Position numbers and translations under genes: made by a program
From: Candidatus Aminicenantales bacterium
GTDB lineage: Bacteria > Acidobacteriota > Aminicenantia > Aminicenantales > Saccharicenantaceae
Length of the DNA: 64,000 nt
NCBI GenBank assembly: GCA_049512315.1
Contig: JBEKXF010000005.1
Coordinates: 1 to 64,000 of the forward strand
Direction of reading: 5' to 3'
The notes under the pieces: model-generated
What the model saw: the letters and a program-made list of their open reading frames with translations, nothing else
Told to the model about the DNA's origin: nothing
Database searches by the model: none
Shown here: in pieces, positions 20,376-29,075 of the stretch
How the letters are laid out: every line of letters begins with the position of its first letter
How positions within the stretch are numbered: the stretch's first letter is position 1

Positions 20376-21206
20376 CTAGCCCGGACCGAACATTTTTTTC
20401 CTGGTGTGGTGGACGATGTCGCCGAAGCGCCTCATGAATTCCATCTCGTCGGGGCTGAGTGGCCCTTTTTCGCGGATCTCCTTCATGTTTTCTTCGAGCT
20501 GGCGGATGTTCGTCGGTGACATCAGGCACACGTGCACTGCCGGGTTGGAGAGGACAAAACGGTAGCACTGGCCGGCGGTCGGGACCGGCTTCTCCTCGGG
20601 CCATTTCGTCTTCGGCGGCCGCCGGATGAGCTCGCGCCACCGTGTCGCCGTGAAGCTCGTGACGCCGGGATTGTGCGCGGAAAGGTACGGAAAGATGTCC
20701 TGTTCCGCGCCCCGGTGGGCGGCGTTGTAGCGGATCATCAGGACGTCGACCAGGCCTTCGGCCGCCAGGCGGCCAGCGAATTTCCGGGCATGGGCCGAAA
20801 GGCCGATGAAACGGACCTTGCCGCCGTCCTTGAGGCGTTGAAACCTGTCGATCAATTCCGGCGGAAAATGTTTCTCCTTCGTGACCCCCTGGAACATGAA
20901 GACATCGATGTAATCGGTGCCCAGCTGCTTGAGCCGCTTTTCGAGGCTTCGTTCGATGTTGGGGTGGCCGAAAAGCAGGTTATAGGCGCCGGTCGCGATG
21001 ACAAACTTCTCCCGCCGGTTCTTCATCTCCTCCTTCAGGACCTTGGTCATCTGGGTGTCGATGCCGAAGCAGAAGAAATAATTGAGACCCTCGTCGATGG
21101 CGCGGCGGACCGTATCTTTCCCCGGCCGGTAGGTGGCGGACAGGCCGACACGATGGACCGGGAGGCCTATTTGGCCCAGCGTCGTGTGCAGGAAATCGTC
21201 CCCCAT
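20376..21206 (-). CDS. Aldo/keto reductase-fold protein (divergent active site)
   Basis: LEKRLKQLGTDYID, GKVRFIGLS.H, RYN..HR, FVLSNPAV..L..P....QLEEN. Confidence 0.8.
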   Translation of the reverse strand: MGDDFLHTTLGQIGLPVHRVGLSATYRPGKDTVRRAIDEGLNYFFCFGIDTQMTKVLKEEMKNRREKFVIATGAYNLLFGHPNIERSLEKRLKQLGTDYIDVFMFQGVTKEKHFPPELIDRFQRLKDGGKVRFIGLSAHARKFAGRLAAEGLVDVLMIRYNAAHRGAEQDIFPYLSAHNPGVTSFTATRWRELIRRPPKTKWPEEKPVPTAGQCYRFVLSNPAVHVCLMSPTNIRQLEENMKEIREKGPLSPDEMEFMRRFGDIVHHTRKKMFGPG

Positions 21207-21218
21207 GGCCGTTTTCCT

Positions 21219-23624
21219 CTACTTGACCGCAACCTCGTAGAGCGAGATGCTGACGGGGGGCACGGTCACCTTCTTCCCGAACGGCGCGCCGTCCTTCTCC
21301 TCGATGACGACGGCCGGGGGCTTCCCGGGTTCGTTGTAGAGCTGCGGGTCGCCGCCCGCGATCAGGTAAAGGTTCGCCGTGCTCGCCAGCCGGAGTGTCC
21401 CGAAGTCGAGCTTGACCGTTTGTCCCGTCCTCGTCGGGTTGATGATCGAGACCGTCATGACCTTTTTCGCGTCGTCCTTCCAGCAAGCCATGACGTCGAG
21501 CGGCTCGGCCGCGCCCTCGACCTCGACCGGGACCGTCCCGAAATGGCTCCGGTAGAGCTTGAGGACCAGTCCGGTCGTGTCGAACGCGGCGGCGGTCCTC
21601 GTCGTCTTGATGGCCCCGATAACGTTCACGGTCTGGGCGTAGTTGGCCATGACGTAGATATCGCTCTGGCGGGCGTACTCGTTAAACCCCTCCGCGATCC
21701 CCAGGGCGTCCTTCAGGAAGTAGCGGACCCCGATCTCGCCGTAGAGGTCGGGCCCGTACCAGTAGTTCCACTCGTCGAGGGCGACGGGGACCTCCTTCAG
21801 CTTGAGCGTCGGGATGGCCTGCCGGTATTTCCGGTGGGCCTCGGCGATCCTCCGGACCTCGCGCGGAACCTGGTCGACGTGGCTCAGCAGCCCCGGCTTC
21901 TCGCCGACATAGAAATGCTCGCTCAGATAATCCATGTGGTTCGAGGCCTCGGCGAGCATGGTCTCATCCCACCTTCCCACCGCGCCCACGGCCACGATCT
22001 TGATCGACGGGTCCACGGCCTTCATGGCCACCTCGAACTGGATGTGCTTCCGGACGTAGTCGTAGAGAGTAATGTGGCCGAGCTGCCAGCTTCCGTACAT
22101 TTCGTTCCCGACCGACCAGAGCTTGACGCCCCAGGGCTCGGGATGGCCGTTCGCGGCCCGGAGCTTGCCCATCGGGGAATCGGCCGGGCCGTTGTTCGCG
22201 TACTGGAGCTCCTCGACGGCCATCTTCACGTCGCCCAGGCCGCTGTTGACCGTGATGTAGGGGTCGGCGCCCAGGATGCGCATAAGGTCCATGTACTCGT
22301 GGATACCCACGTCGTTGTGCTCGACGCCCTGCCAGGCCGGGTTCTTGCGCGGCGGCCGCTTGTCGCGCTCGCCAATCCCGTCCCGCCAGTTGTAGCCGCT
22401 GGCGAAATTTCCGCCGGGCCAGCGGTAGACGGGGGAATCCAGCTCCTTGAGCAGGCCCAGGACCTCGGGGCGGAAGCCGTCGACGTTCAACGCCGGCATG
22501 ACCGAGACCGCGCCGACCTTGAATGAGCCGCGGCCCGCGGACACGATCTCGAGCCGGGCGTTTTCCGTCGAGGCGCCGGCCGTGAAGACGAAGGGGAAGG
22601 TCTTGTATTCGGGGCCGAGGTCCTTGATCTCGATAACCTGCCTATTCCCGGGCTCCGGGCCCCAGGCGAGGCTGACCTTGACGGGCGCCGCGGCCCGCTC
22701 GCCGGCCAGGACCACGCGGCCGACGTATTCCCGCCCCTCGACGAGGGCCAGCGCTTCCTGGAAAAGTCCGCCGGCTGTTTTTCCGGTGAGGGCGATCCGT
22801 GGCGTGTGCCCGCCCGTGAACGGCTTGGCTTTATCCATCGTGACCAGGGCCGCGTCGCCGACCGGTTTCCAGGGCGACTCGCCCTGGCCCACGGGCCAGA
22901 AGAATTTGCGGTCCTCGAGCATCTCCGCCCAGATGCCCTGATAGATACAGCGGCCGAGGTGCTCGATGAACTGGCCGTAGATGTATTTGGAAACGGGAGC
23001 GCCCGTTTTTTCGGCGTTGATCCTGACGGCCGGCGGGGCCAGCTCGCCCCCCGAGAGCCAGGTCAGCTCGACGTCGTCGAACCAGGCCTTGCCCGTCGCT
23101 TTGCCCCAGCCGCCGAAGAGGCAGGTCACCTCGAGGGCGTCGTTGGCGCCGGCGTCGAGCTCGACCTCGACCCGGGTCCAGTCTTTCGTGCCGCTGACGG
23201 CGGGCGTCTGCCATTGCCGGACGCCGTTAATGTTGATGACGGCGCCCTTGGACGTGCCCGGGACGAGGTTTTCCGTCCGGATCCAGCCGCTGAGCCTGTA
23301 GCGGGCGTAAGGCCTGATGGGGACGACCGCGACCCAAGACGCGTCGGCGCCCTTTTCGGAGCCGATCATGACCGAGCGGTTCCCCGTGCGGCCGGCCGGC
23401 TCGACCTTGAAGACCGCTTCCGCTTCCCAAATGCGAGGCTCCCAGCCCTTCGGATGATCCCCGGCCATCTCTTCGAAGGACGGGTTGGCGACGAACTGGG
23501 TTTTGCCGGCAAATTCGTCCGCCATACTGGAAGGGCCGGACTTGCAGGCCGCGAAAATAAGAACAAGTCCGGGAACGACAAAAAACATCGTTGCCAACCG
23601 ATGGGACGTGCGGGGCATGCTCAT
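21219..23624 (-). CDS. GH51 alpha-L-arabinofuranosidase with N-terminal CBM4/9-like domain, lipoprotein
   Basis: YGQFIEHLGRCIY, RWPGGNF, WSVGNE (acid/base), ALDEWN (nucleophile), ANYAQTVN; NPSFE CBM start; lipobox FAAC. Confidence 0.92.
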   Translation of the reverse strand: MSMPRTSHRLATMFFVVPGLVLIFAACKSGPSSMADEFAGKTQFVANPSFEEMAGDHPKGWEPRIWEAEAVFKVEPAGRTGNRSVMIGSEKGADASWVAVVPIRPYARYRLSGWIRTENLVPGTSKGAVININGVRQWQTPAVSGTKDWTRVEVELDAGANDALEVTCLFGGWGKATGKAWFDDVELTWLSGGELAPPAVRINAEKTGAPVSKYIYGQFIEHLGRCIYQGIWAEMLEDRKFFWPVGQGESPWKPVGDAALVTMDKAKPFTGGHTPRIALTGKTAGGLFQEALALVEGREYVGRVVLAGERAAAPVKVSLAWGPEPGNRQVIEIKDLGPEYKTFPFVFTAGASTENARLEIVSAGRGSFKVGAVSVMPALNVDGFRPEVLGLLKELDSPVYRWPGGNFASGYNWRDGIGERDKRPPRKNPAWQGVEHNDVGIHEYMDLMRILGADPYITVNSGLGDVKMAVEELQYANNGPADSPMGKLRAANGHPEPWGVKLWSVGNEMYGSWQLGHITLYDYVRKHIQFEVAMKAVDPSIKIVAVGAVGRWDETMLAEASNHMDYLSEHFYVGEKPGLLSHVDQVPREVRRIAEAHRKYRQAIPTLKLKEVPVALDEWNYWYGPDLYGEIGVRYFLKDALGIAEGFNEYARQSDIYVMANYAQTVNVIGAIKTTRTAAAFDTTGLVLKLYRSHFGTVPVEVEGAAEPLDVMACWKDDAKKVMTVSIINPTRTGQTVKLDFGTLRLASTANLYLIAGGDPQLYNEPGKPPAVVIEEKDGAPFGKKVTVPPVSISLYEVAVK

Positions 23625-23823
23625 CACTCCTCCTTTGCTGTTCGGCCGAATCGGCCGCCGGCGAGGCGGTTCGCGGTCGGGGACGGGACGGGCGGGGCCG
23701 ATGGGAGGGACTTTACACCGGCCTCCTGATGTCTGTCAACGCTCCTCGGGGCGGCGCTTTTTCCTACGAATCGCCTGGCCGCCGCCAGGAGCGACCCCCA
23801 TTCGACCCGCTAAGATCGGAGGG

Positions 23824-24117
23824 CTAGAGGCGGCCCCGCGGTATGGGCGGGGCCTCGCTTTCCGAGCCGACATTCCTCAGCTCTTCCCGGATGACCCTAC
23901 GCAGCACCGACTCGAGGGGTTCCCCGCCCTGGTTCAGGTAATCCCTGAGGGCGTTATTGATCATGGTCTGGTAATTGCCGCCACCCTTCGCTTCGACCTG
24001 GGAGCGGAACCAGTCGATGATCTCGCTATCCAGCCGGATGGTGATCCTGGTTTTGCCGGCTGACGAGGCGTCATTTGCCCCCTCCAGTCCAAGCTCCTTT
24101 TTTTTGTTACTCTTCAT
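23824..24117 (-). CDS. BrnA-family antitoxin (RHH)
   Basis: KTRITIRLDSEIIDWFR..GGNYQTMINNALRDY; AAGGAGGT SD upstream of the ATG at 24117. Confidence 0.85.
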   Translation of the reverse strand: MKSNKKKELGLEGANDASSAGKTRITIRLDSEIIDWFRSQVEAKGGGNYQTMINNALRDYLNQGGEPLESVLRRVIREELRNVGSESEAPPIPRGRL

Positions 24118-24192
24118 CGGAAAAACGACCTCCTTCCGGCCATTTTCTTTCTCCGCACTGTACGACCATCCCTCGTAGATATTCCGACTAGT

Positions 24193-24221
24193 AATGTATG
24201 TATATATGTACATACTGTCAA
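24193..24221 (-). promoter_or_regulatory. Promoter with palindromic operator for the brnA-like gene
   Basis: Minus strand TTGACA-N17-TACATT; palindrome GTATGTA-N6-TACATAC (24196-24215) fills the spacer. Confidence 0.75.
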
Positions 24222-24242
24222 CCTGTTTTTTACTGGTAATTA

Positions 24243-24313
24243 CGGTGACGCACAACTAAATACACTAAATAGGGATTTGCACTTATTTCGGTAATGAGTT
24301 GTGTGTCACCGAA
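24243..24313. repeat. REP/MITE-like inverted-repeat element, family 1 copy A
   Basis: Arms CGGTGACGCACAACT and AGTTGTGTGTCACCG (14/15); right half is 27/29 identical to 36005-36033. Confidence 0.8.
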
Positions 24314-24317
24314 ATAG

Positions 24318-26831
24318 CTATTTGATTTTCCACTCGTGGACGCCGGCGGACCATTTTTCCTGCATCCGGACTTCGAGCCGCAGGGCCGTTGTCCGGACCA
24401 GCGCGAACCTCACCGTGTTCCAGGCGTCTTTCGCCACGCCATAGCTTCCTGCGCCGGCCACCGGCAGCCACTTGTCCCCCGCCTTGTAGACGATCCGCCA
24501 TGACGCCGGGACGCGGCACTCGCCACCGCCCGTATCGTCGAACCAGTACACGGACGCTTCAGAAACCCGGACCGGTTCCTTGAACGCGTACTCGACCCAC
24601 TCGGCCGTTCCCTTCTTCGGCCACCAGTGCATGTATCCCGCGGCATCGTCGGACCCTTCGGGGACGTATTCGTCATTGATGCCCTTCAGGCCTTTCGCCC
24701 CTTCAGAGGCCGTGACGGTCGCCTTGGCCGAGAGCCCGGGTTCAGCCGCGACCCTGGCCTTCGCCGGTTCGCGGGCAATCCAGACTTCCATCTCGCCCCG
24801 GCCCCGGTTGGCCCACGCGAAGTACGGGATCAGCGTGATTGCCTTCTTCTCGATGACGGCCTGTCCGCCCTTCTCGCTCACGGCTTCCGCCTCGCCCTTG
24901 ACGACCACGACCCCGTCGAGGAGGTCCGGCCGCGTCTCGGCGGCCAGGGCCGCGCCGTCCGGAAGGACGAAGTTCGACACCCGGCCGCCGTTGTCCGCCC
25001 CTTCGGCGCAATAAACGAACGGCCCGCGCTCGACCGCGATCCGGCCGAGGTCGGCTTCGACCTTGTCGTTGGCGACGACCCGCCGGACGGGCATGGGGAG
25101 CTTGACCTCGACGACATCTCCCGCCTGCCAGGTCCTGTTGATCAGGACATAGCCCTTTTGGAGGACGAGGTCGACGGGCTCGCCGTTGAGCTTGACCTCG
25201 GGGAGCTCGACGTCCTTCACGAGGGGCAAGGGCATGACCTCGGCCTCCGCGCCTTTCGCCTCGGCCGCGGGCGTTCCTGCCGGGTTGTCCGCATACCTGT
25301 AAAGGTCGGAGGGGATGGGCCTGCCGAGCGCCCAGCCGGGGATCCGGATGTACAGGGTAAGCGCCGCCGGCTTGGCCGGTTTGACCTCGATCCTGACGTC
25401 CCCCTTCCAGGGGTATTCCGTCGTCTGAACGATATCGAGCTTCGCCTTTCCGGCCGTGATCGTTCCGGTCCCCTGGGCGTAAAGATTCACATAGACCTTG
25501 TCGCCGTCGGCCGCGTACACGTACCCGGGGACGGAGGCCAGGACCCGGGCCACATTCGGGGGGCAGCAGGCGCAGCTGAACCAGGCCACGCGCGCGTGCT
25601 GGCCGAAGGACGCCAGCGGGTTGGGATAGAAGAAGCGGTCCCCGGAGAGCGAGATCCCGGAGAGGACGCCGTTATAGAGGATGCGCTCCATGACGTCAAC
25701 GTACTTGGCGTCCTCCTCGAGGCGAAACATCCGTGAGTTCCAGAGGAAGGTGGCGATGTTGGCGCAGGTCTCGGCGTAGGCGCTGGCGTTCGGCAGCCGG
25801 TAGGCCGGGCCGTAGCCCTCCCAGCCGCCGGCCGCGCCGATGCCGCCCGTGAGATAGATCTTCGTCCCGGCGACGTCGGCCCAGATCTTGTCGAGGGCCG
25901 CGAGGTAGGCCTTGTCCCCTGTGAGGGCGGCGACATCGGCCGCGCCCGCGTAGAGATACCCGGCCCGGACGGCGTGCCCCACGGCCTGCGTTTGCTCGAC
26001 GAAGGGCTTGTGGTCCTGGGAATATTCGCCGTAGAGGAGGCTTTTCCCGGACTCCCCCTGATCAGGGAGGCGCCCCTCGGTCCTGCCGCGGGCGTCGATG
26101 AAGAACTTGGCCAGGTCGAGGTATTTCATCTTGCCCGTGGCCCGGTAGAGCTTGACCAGACCGATCTCGATCTCCTCGTGGCCCGGCGGGTTCCTCCGCT
26201 TGCCGGGGCCGAACTCCCGGGCGACGAGATCGGCACTTTTCATGGCGATGTTCAGGAGGCTCGTCTTCCCGGTGGCCTGGTGGTGGGCGACCGCGGCCTC
26301 GTAGAGATGGCCGAGGTTGTAGAGCTCGTGGCTCATGGCGAGGTGCGACCAGCGTTCCTTCCCCAGCCAATCGACGGGAGGCGGGCCGCCGATCGTCCGG
26401 ACCGTGTAGAGGTAGCCGTCCGGCTCCTGGGCCGCGGCGATCCTGTCGATGATTCCGTCGACACGCTTGTCGAGCTCGGGGTCGGAGCGAGTGGCCATCG
26501 CGTAGGAGGCCGCCTCGATAGTTTTATAGACATCGGAGTCGTCGAACGGGTAGCGGGTGCAGAACTTGAGGTCCGCGGCGCCGGCGAGGGCGTCCTTGGC
26601 CAGGTCGAAGTTCTTGAGGCGGCCCGTCTCCTCGTTCTCCTTGAGGATGTGCGGGATCGTCACGGCCCGGTTGGTCTCGAGACGCGGCGCCCAGAAAACG
26701 TCCGTGAGATGGACGTCCGCGAAGGGCACCGGTTTCACGGGATAATCGGCCTTCGGGGCCTGGGCACACGTCAGCGAAAAGGCGAGGGCCAGGGTTAGGA
26801 GCAGGACCCTGGCCGGGATTCCGTTTCTCAT
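24318..26831 (-). CDS. GH127 beta-L-arabinofuranosidase with C-terminal F5/8 (discoidin/CBM32-like) domain, paralog 2
   Basis: FDDSDVYK, HELYN, GHEE, GHAVR, EGYG, YAETCA, ACCPPN; tail WVEYAF..VYWFDD..CRVPASW..EWKI. Confidence 0.92.
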   Translation of the reverse strand: MRNGIPARVLLLTLALAFSLTCAQAPKADYPVKPVPFADVHLTDVFWAPRLETNRAVTIPHILKENEETGRLKNFDLAKDALAGAADLKFCTRYPFDDSDVYKTIEAASYAMATRSDPELDKRVDGIIDRIAAAQEPDGYLYTVRTIGGPPPVDWLGKERWSHLAMSHELYNLGHLYEAAVAHHQATGKTSLLNIAMKSADLVAREFGPGKRRNPPGHEEIEIGLVKLYRATGKMKYLDLAKFFIDARGRTEGRLPDQGESGKSLLYGEYSQDHKPFVEQTQAVGHAVRAGYLYAGAADVAALTGDKAYLAALDKIWADVAGTKIYLTGGIGAAGGWEGYGPAYRLPNASAYAETCANIATFLWNSRMFRLEEDAKYVDVMERILYNGVLSGISLSGDRFFYPNPLASFGQHARVAWFSCACCPPNVARVLASVPGYVYAADGDKVYVNLYAQGTGTITAGKAKLDIVQTTEYPWKGDVRIEVKPAKPAALTLYIRIPGWALGRPIPSDLYRYADNPAGTPAAEAKGAEAEVMPLPLVKDVELPEVKLNGEPVDLVLQKGYVLINRTWQAGDVVEVKLPMPVRRVVANDKVEADLGRIAVERGPFVYCAEGADNGGRVSNFVLPDGAALAAETRPDLLDGVVVVKGEAEAVSEKGGQAVIEKKAITLIPYFAWANRGRGEMEVWIAREPAKARVAAEPGLSAKATVTASEGAKGLKGINDEYVPEGSDDAAGYMHWWPKKGTAEWVEYAFKEPVRVSEASVYWFDDTGGGECRVPASWRIVYKAGDKWLPVAGAGSYGVAKDAWNTVRFALVRTTALRLEVRMQEKWSAGVHEWKIK

Positions 26832-26850
26832 CGCCAGCCTCCTTTAATTC

Positions 26851-26988
26851 GGGGACACAATACTCAATTCCGAAATTCTCTTCACTCCGGCAAGACGTCT
26901 CTACGGGGATACTATACCGAATTCCCCCGGACTGCGGCAATCTCCGGCGCGGCCGACTAAGAAATTCGGAAATGAGTATTGTGTCCCC
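26851..26988. repeat. REP/MITE-like inverted-repeat element, family 1 copy C
   Basis: Perfect 16-bp arms GGGGACACAATACTCA / TGAGTATTGTGTCCCC (26/28 extended); degenerate internal copy GGGGATACTATACCGAATTCC at ~26905. Confidence 0.85.
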
Positions 26989-26991
26989 AAT

Positions 26992-29007
26992 TTATTTGCG
27001 GGGCAGCCAGACGGCCATTTCGCCGTGCCCGCGGTGGGCCCAGGCGTAATACGGGATGGCCAGGAAAGGCCGGCTCCGGGGGGAAGCGCGGCCGCCCGGA
27101 TCGCCGGGGACGTCCGCCGCCTCCCCTTTGACAACGACAATACCGTTGAGGAGGTCCGGCTGGAACTCCGCCCGGAGCGGCCGGTCGTCCGGCAGGACCA
27201 GGTTGAGGGCGTGTCCGCCGTTGTCGGGCCACTCGGCACAGTAGACGATCGGGCCCCTGACGAGGGCGACCCTGCCGGCGTCGTCCTTGACGGCCTCGTT
27301 CGCGACCACGCGCCGGACCGGCATAGCTAGGGCGAGCTCGATGACGTCGCCCTTCTTCCACTCCCGGCGGATCCTGGCGTAGCCCTTGTCCAGGGTGATC
27401 ACGACGGCCTCCCCGTTGACCTTGAGCGACAACTTCCCCTTCGGGTCGTCGATGAAGCGATAGAGATCGCCCGGCACCGCCTCGCCCCGGGCCCAGCCCG
27501 GGATGCGGACGAGGAGCGTCCAGACCGCCTTCCCTTCGGGCTCGACCGTGATCCTGATGGCACCATCCCAGGGATAGCGAGTCTCCTGTCTGAGCCTGAC
27601 CTTCCGGCCCCCGACATCGGCCGTGCCCTCGCCCTGGACGAAGAGGTTGACATAGAACGAGTCGTTCTTCACGGCGTACACATATCCGGGGAACGAAGGG
27701 ATGAGCCGGCTGATGTTGCCCGGGCAGCAGGCCGTCTCGAAGAACGGCGCCCGGCCGAGCAGGCCCTGGTTGAACCGGAACTTTCCGTCGGACTCGAGCG
27801 GGTTGGCGTAAAAAAACTCCCGGCCGTCGAGCGAAACGCCCGAAAGGACCCCGTTGTAAACGACCTTCTCCATGACGTCGACATAACGGGCGTCGCCCGT
27901 GAGGAGGAACATCCGCTGGTTCCACAAGGCCATCCCGATCGAGGCGCAGGTCTCGAGATACCCCGTCAGGTTGGGAAGCTCGTAGTTTTCGCCGAAACGC
28001 TCGCGGTCGTGGCGGGAACCGACCCCGCCGGTGAGATACATCTTTTTTTCGACCACGTTTCTCCAGAGCCGGCCGACGGCCCCGAGATAGGCCGCGTCGC
28101 CGGAGATCGCGGCGATGTCGGCCATGCCCGCGGCCATGTACGTGAGGCGCACGGCGTGGCCGGCGGCCTCGTCCTGCTCGAGGACGGGCTTATGGGCCTG
28201 GATCTGCTCCGGCTGGTTATAGATGGAGAAGCGGCTGCCCGGAGGATACTGGGTCAGCTTGACCTCCCGGCCGCGCTGGTCCAGAAAATATTTAGCCAGG
28301 GCGAGGTACTTTTCGTCGCCCGTCACGCGGAAGAGCTTGACGAGGGCCAGCTCGATCTCCTGGTGGCCGGGGAAGCCGTGCCTTTTCCCGGGGCCGAAGG
28401 TCGCCGCGACGAGGTCGGCGTTCCTGATCGCCACGTCGAGGAGCGAGCGCTTCCCCGTCGCGAGGTAATGGGCGACGGCCGCTTCATAGAGGTGGCCGGC
28501 GTTGTAGAGCTCGTGGCTTATGGCCTCCTCCACCCAGCGCTCGGGGCCGATCCCGGGCTGCGGATGGGACGGGTCGCACGTCCGGGCCGTGAAAAGGTAT
28601 CCGTCCGGCTCCTGGGCGGCGGCGATCTTGACGATCATGGCGTCCAAGGCCCGGTCGAGCTCCGGGTCGGGATGGACCATAAGCGAATACGACGCGCCCT
28701 CGATCGGCTTGTAGACGTCCGTGTCGTTGTAGCGCTCGCCCCTGTACTTTCCTTTTATCAGCCCGCCGGCGATGGCGAAATTGTCCAGACGGCCCGTCTC
28801 CTCGTTTTTCTTTAACAGGAAGGGAAGGGTCACGACCCGGTTCGTCTCGATCCGGGGAAGCCAGAAGGCGTCGGCCACCTGGACTTGCGTGAACGGCACC
28901 GGCGTGATGGGATAGTCCTTTTTTTCGCTCGAGATGCTCAGGGCTGGGGTGACGAAGAAGAACAGAGAGGCTAGGAATACGCCAGATAGCGAGTTACCCA
29001 TGCTCAT
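26992..29007 (-). CDS. GH127 beta-L-arabinofuranosidase (secreted), paralog 3
   Basis: YNDTDVYK, HELYN, GHQE, GHAVR, ERFG, YLETCA, ACCPGN. Confidence 0.92.
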   Translation of the reverse strand: MSMGNSLSGVFLASLFFFVTPALSISSEKKDYPITPVPFTQVQVADAFWLPRIETNRVVTLPFLLKKNEETGRLDNFAIAGGLIKGKYRGERYNDTDVYKPIEGASYSLMVHPDPELDRALDAMIVKIAAAQEPDGYLFTARTCDPSHPQPGIGPERWVEEAISHELYNAGHLYEAAVAHYLATGKRSLLDVAIRNADLVAATFGPGKRHGFPGHQEIELALVKLFRVTGDEKYLALAKYFLDQRGREVKLTQYPPGSRFSIYNQPEQIQAHKPVLEQDEAAGHAVRLTYMAAGMADIAAISGDAAYLGAVGRLWRNVVEKKMYLTGGVGSRHDRERFGENYELPNLTGYLETCASIGMALWNQRMFLLTGDARYVDVMEKVVYNGVLSGVSLDGREFFYANPLESDGKFRFNQGLLGRAPFFETACCPGNISRLIPSFPGYVYAVKNDSFYVNLFVQGEGTADVGGRKVRLRQETRYPWDGAIRITVEPEGKAVWTLLVRIPGWARGEAVPGDLYRFIDDPKGKLSLKVNGEAVVITLDKGYARIRREWKKGDVIELALAMPVRRVVANEAVKDDAGRVALVRGPIVYCAEWPDNGGHALNLVLPDDRPLRAEFQPDLLNGIVVVKGEAADVPGDPGGRASPRSRPFLAIPYYAWAHRGHGEMAVWLPRK

Positions 29008-29075
29008 CGTCCGCCGGTCATCTCACGGAGTGCGTGCCGGATCCATGAGGACTCCGAACATCTCCTCCGCCCCTT

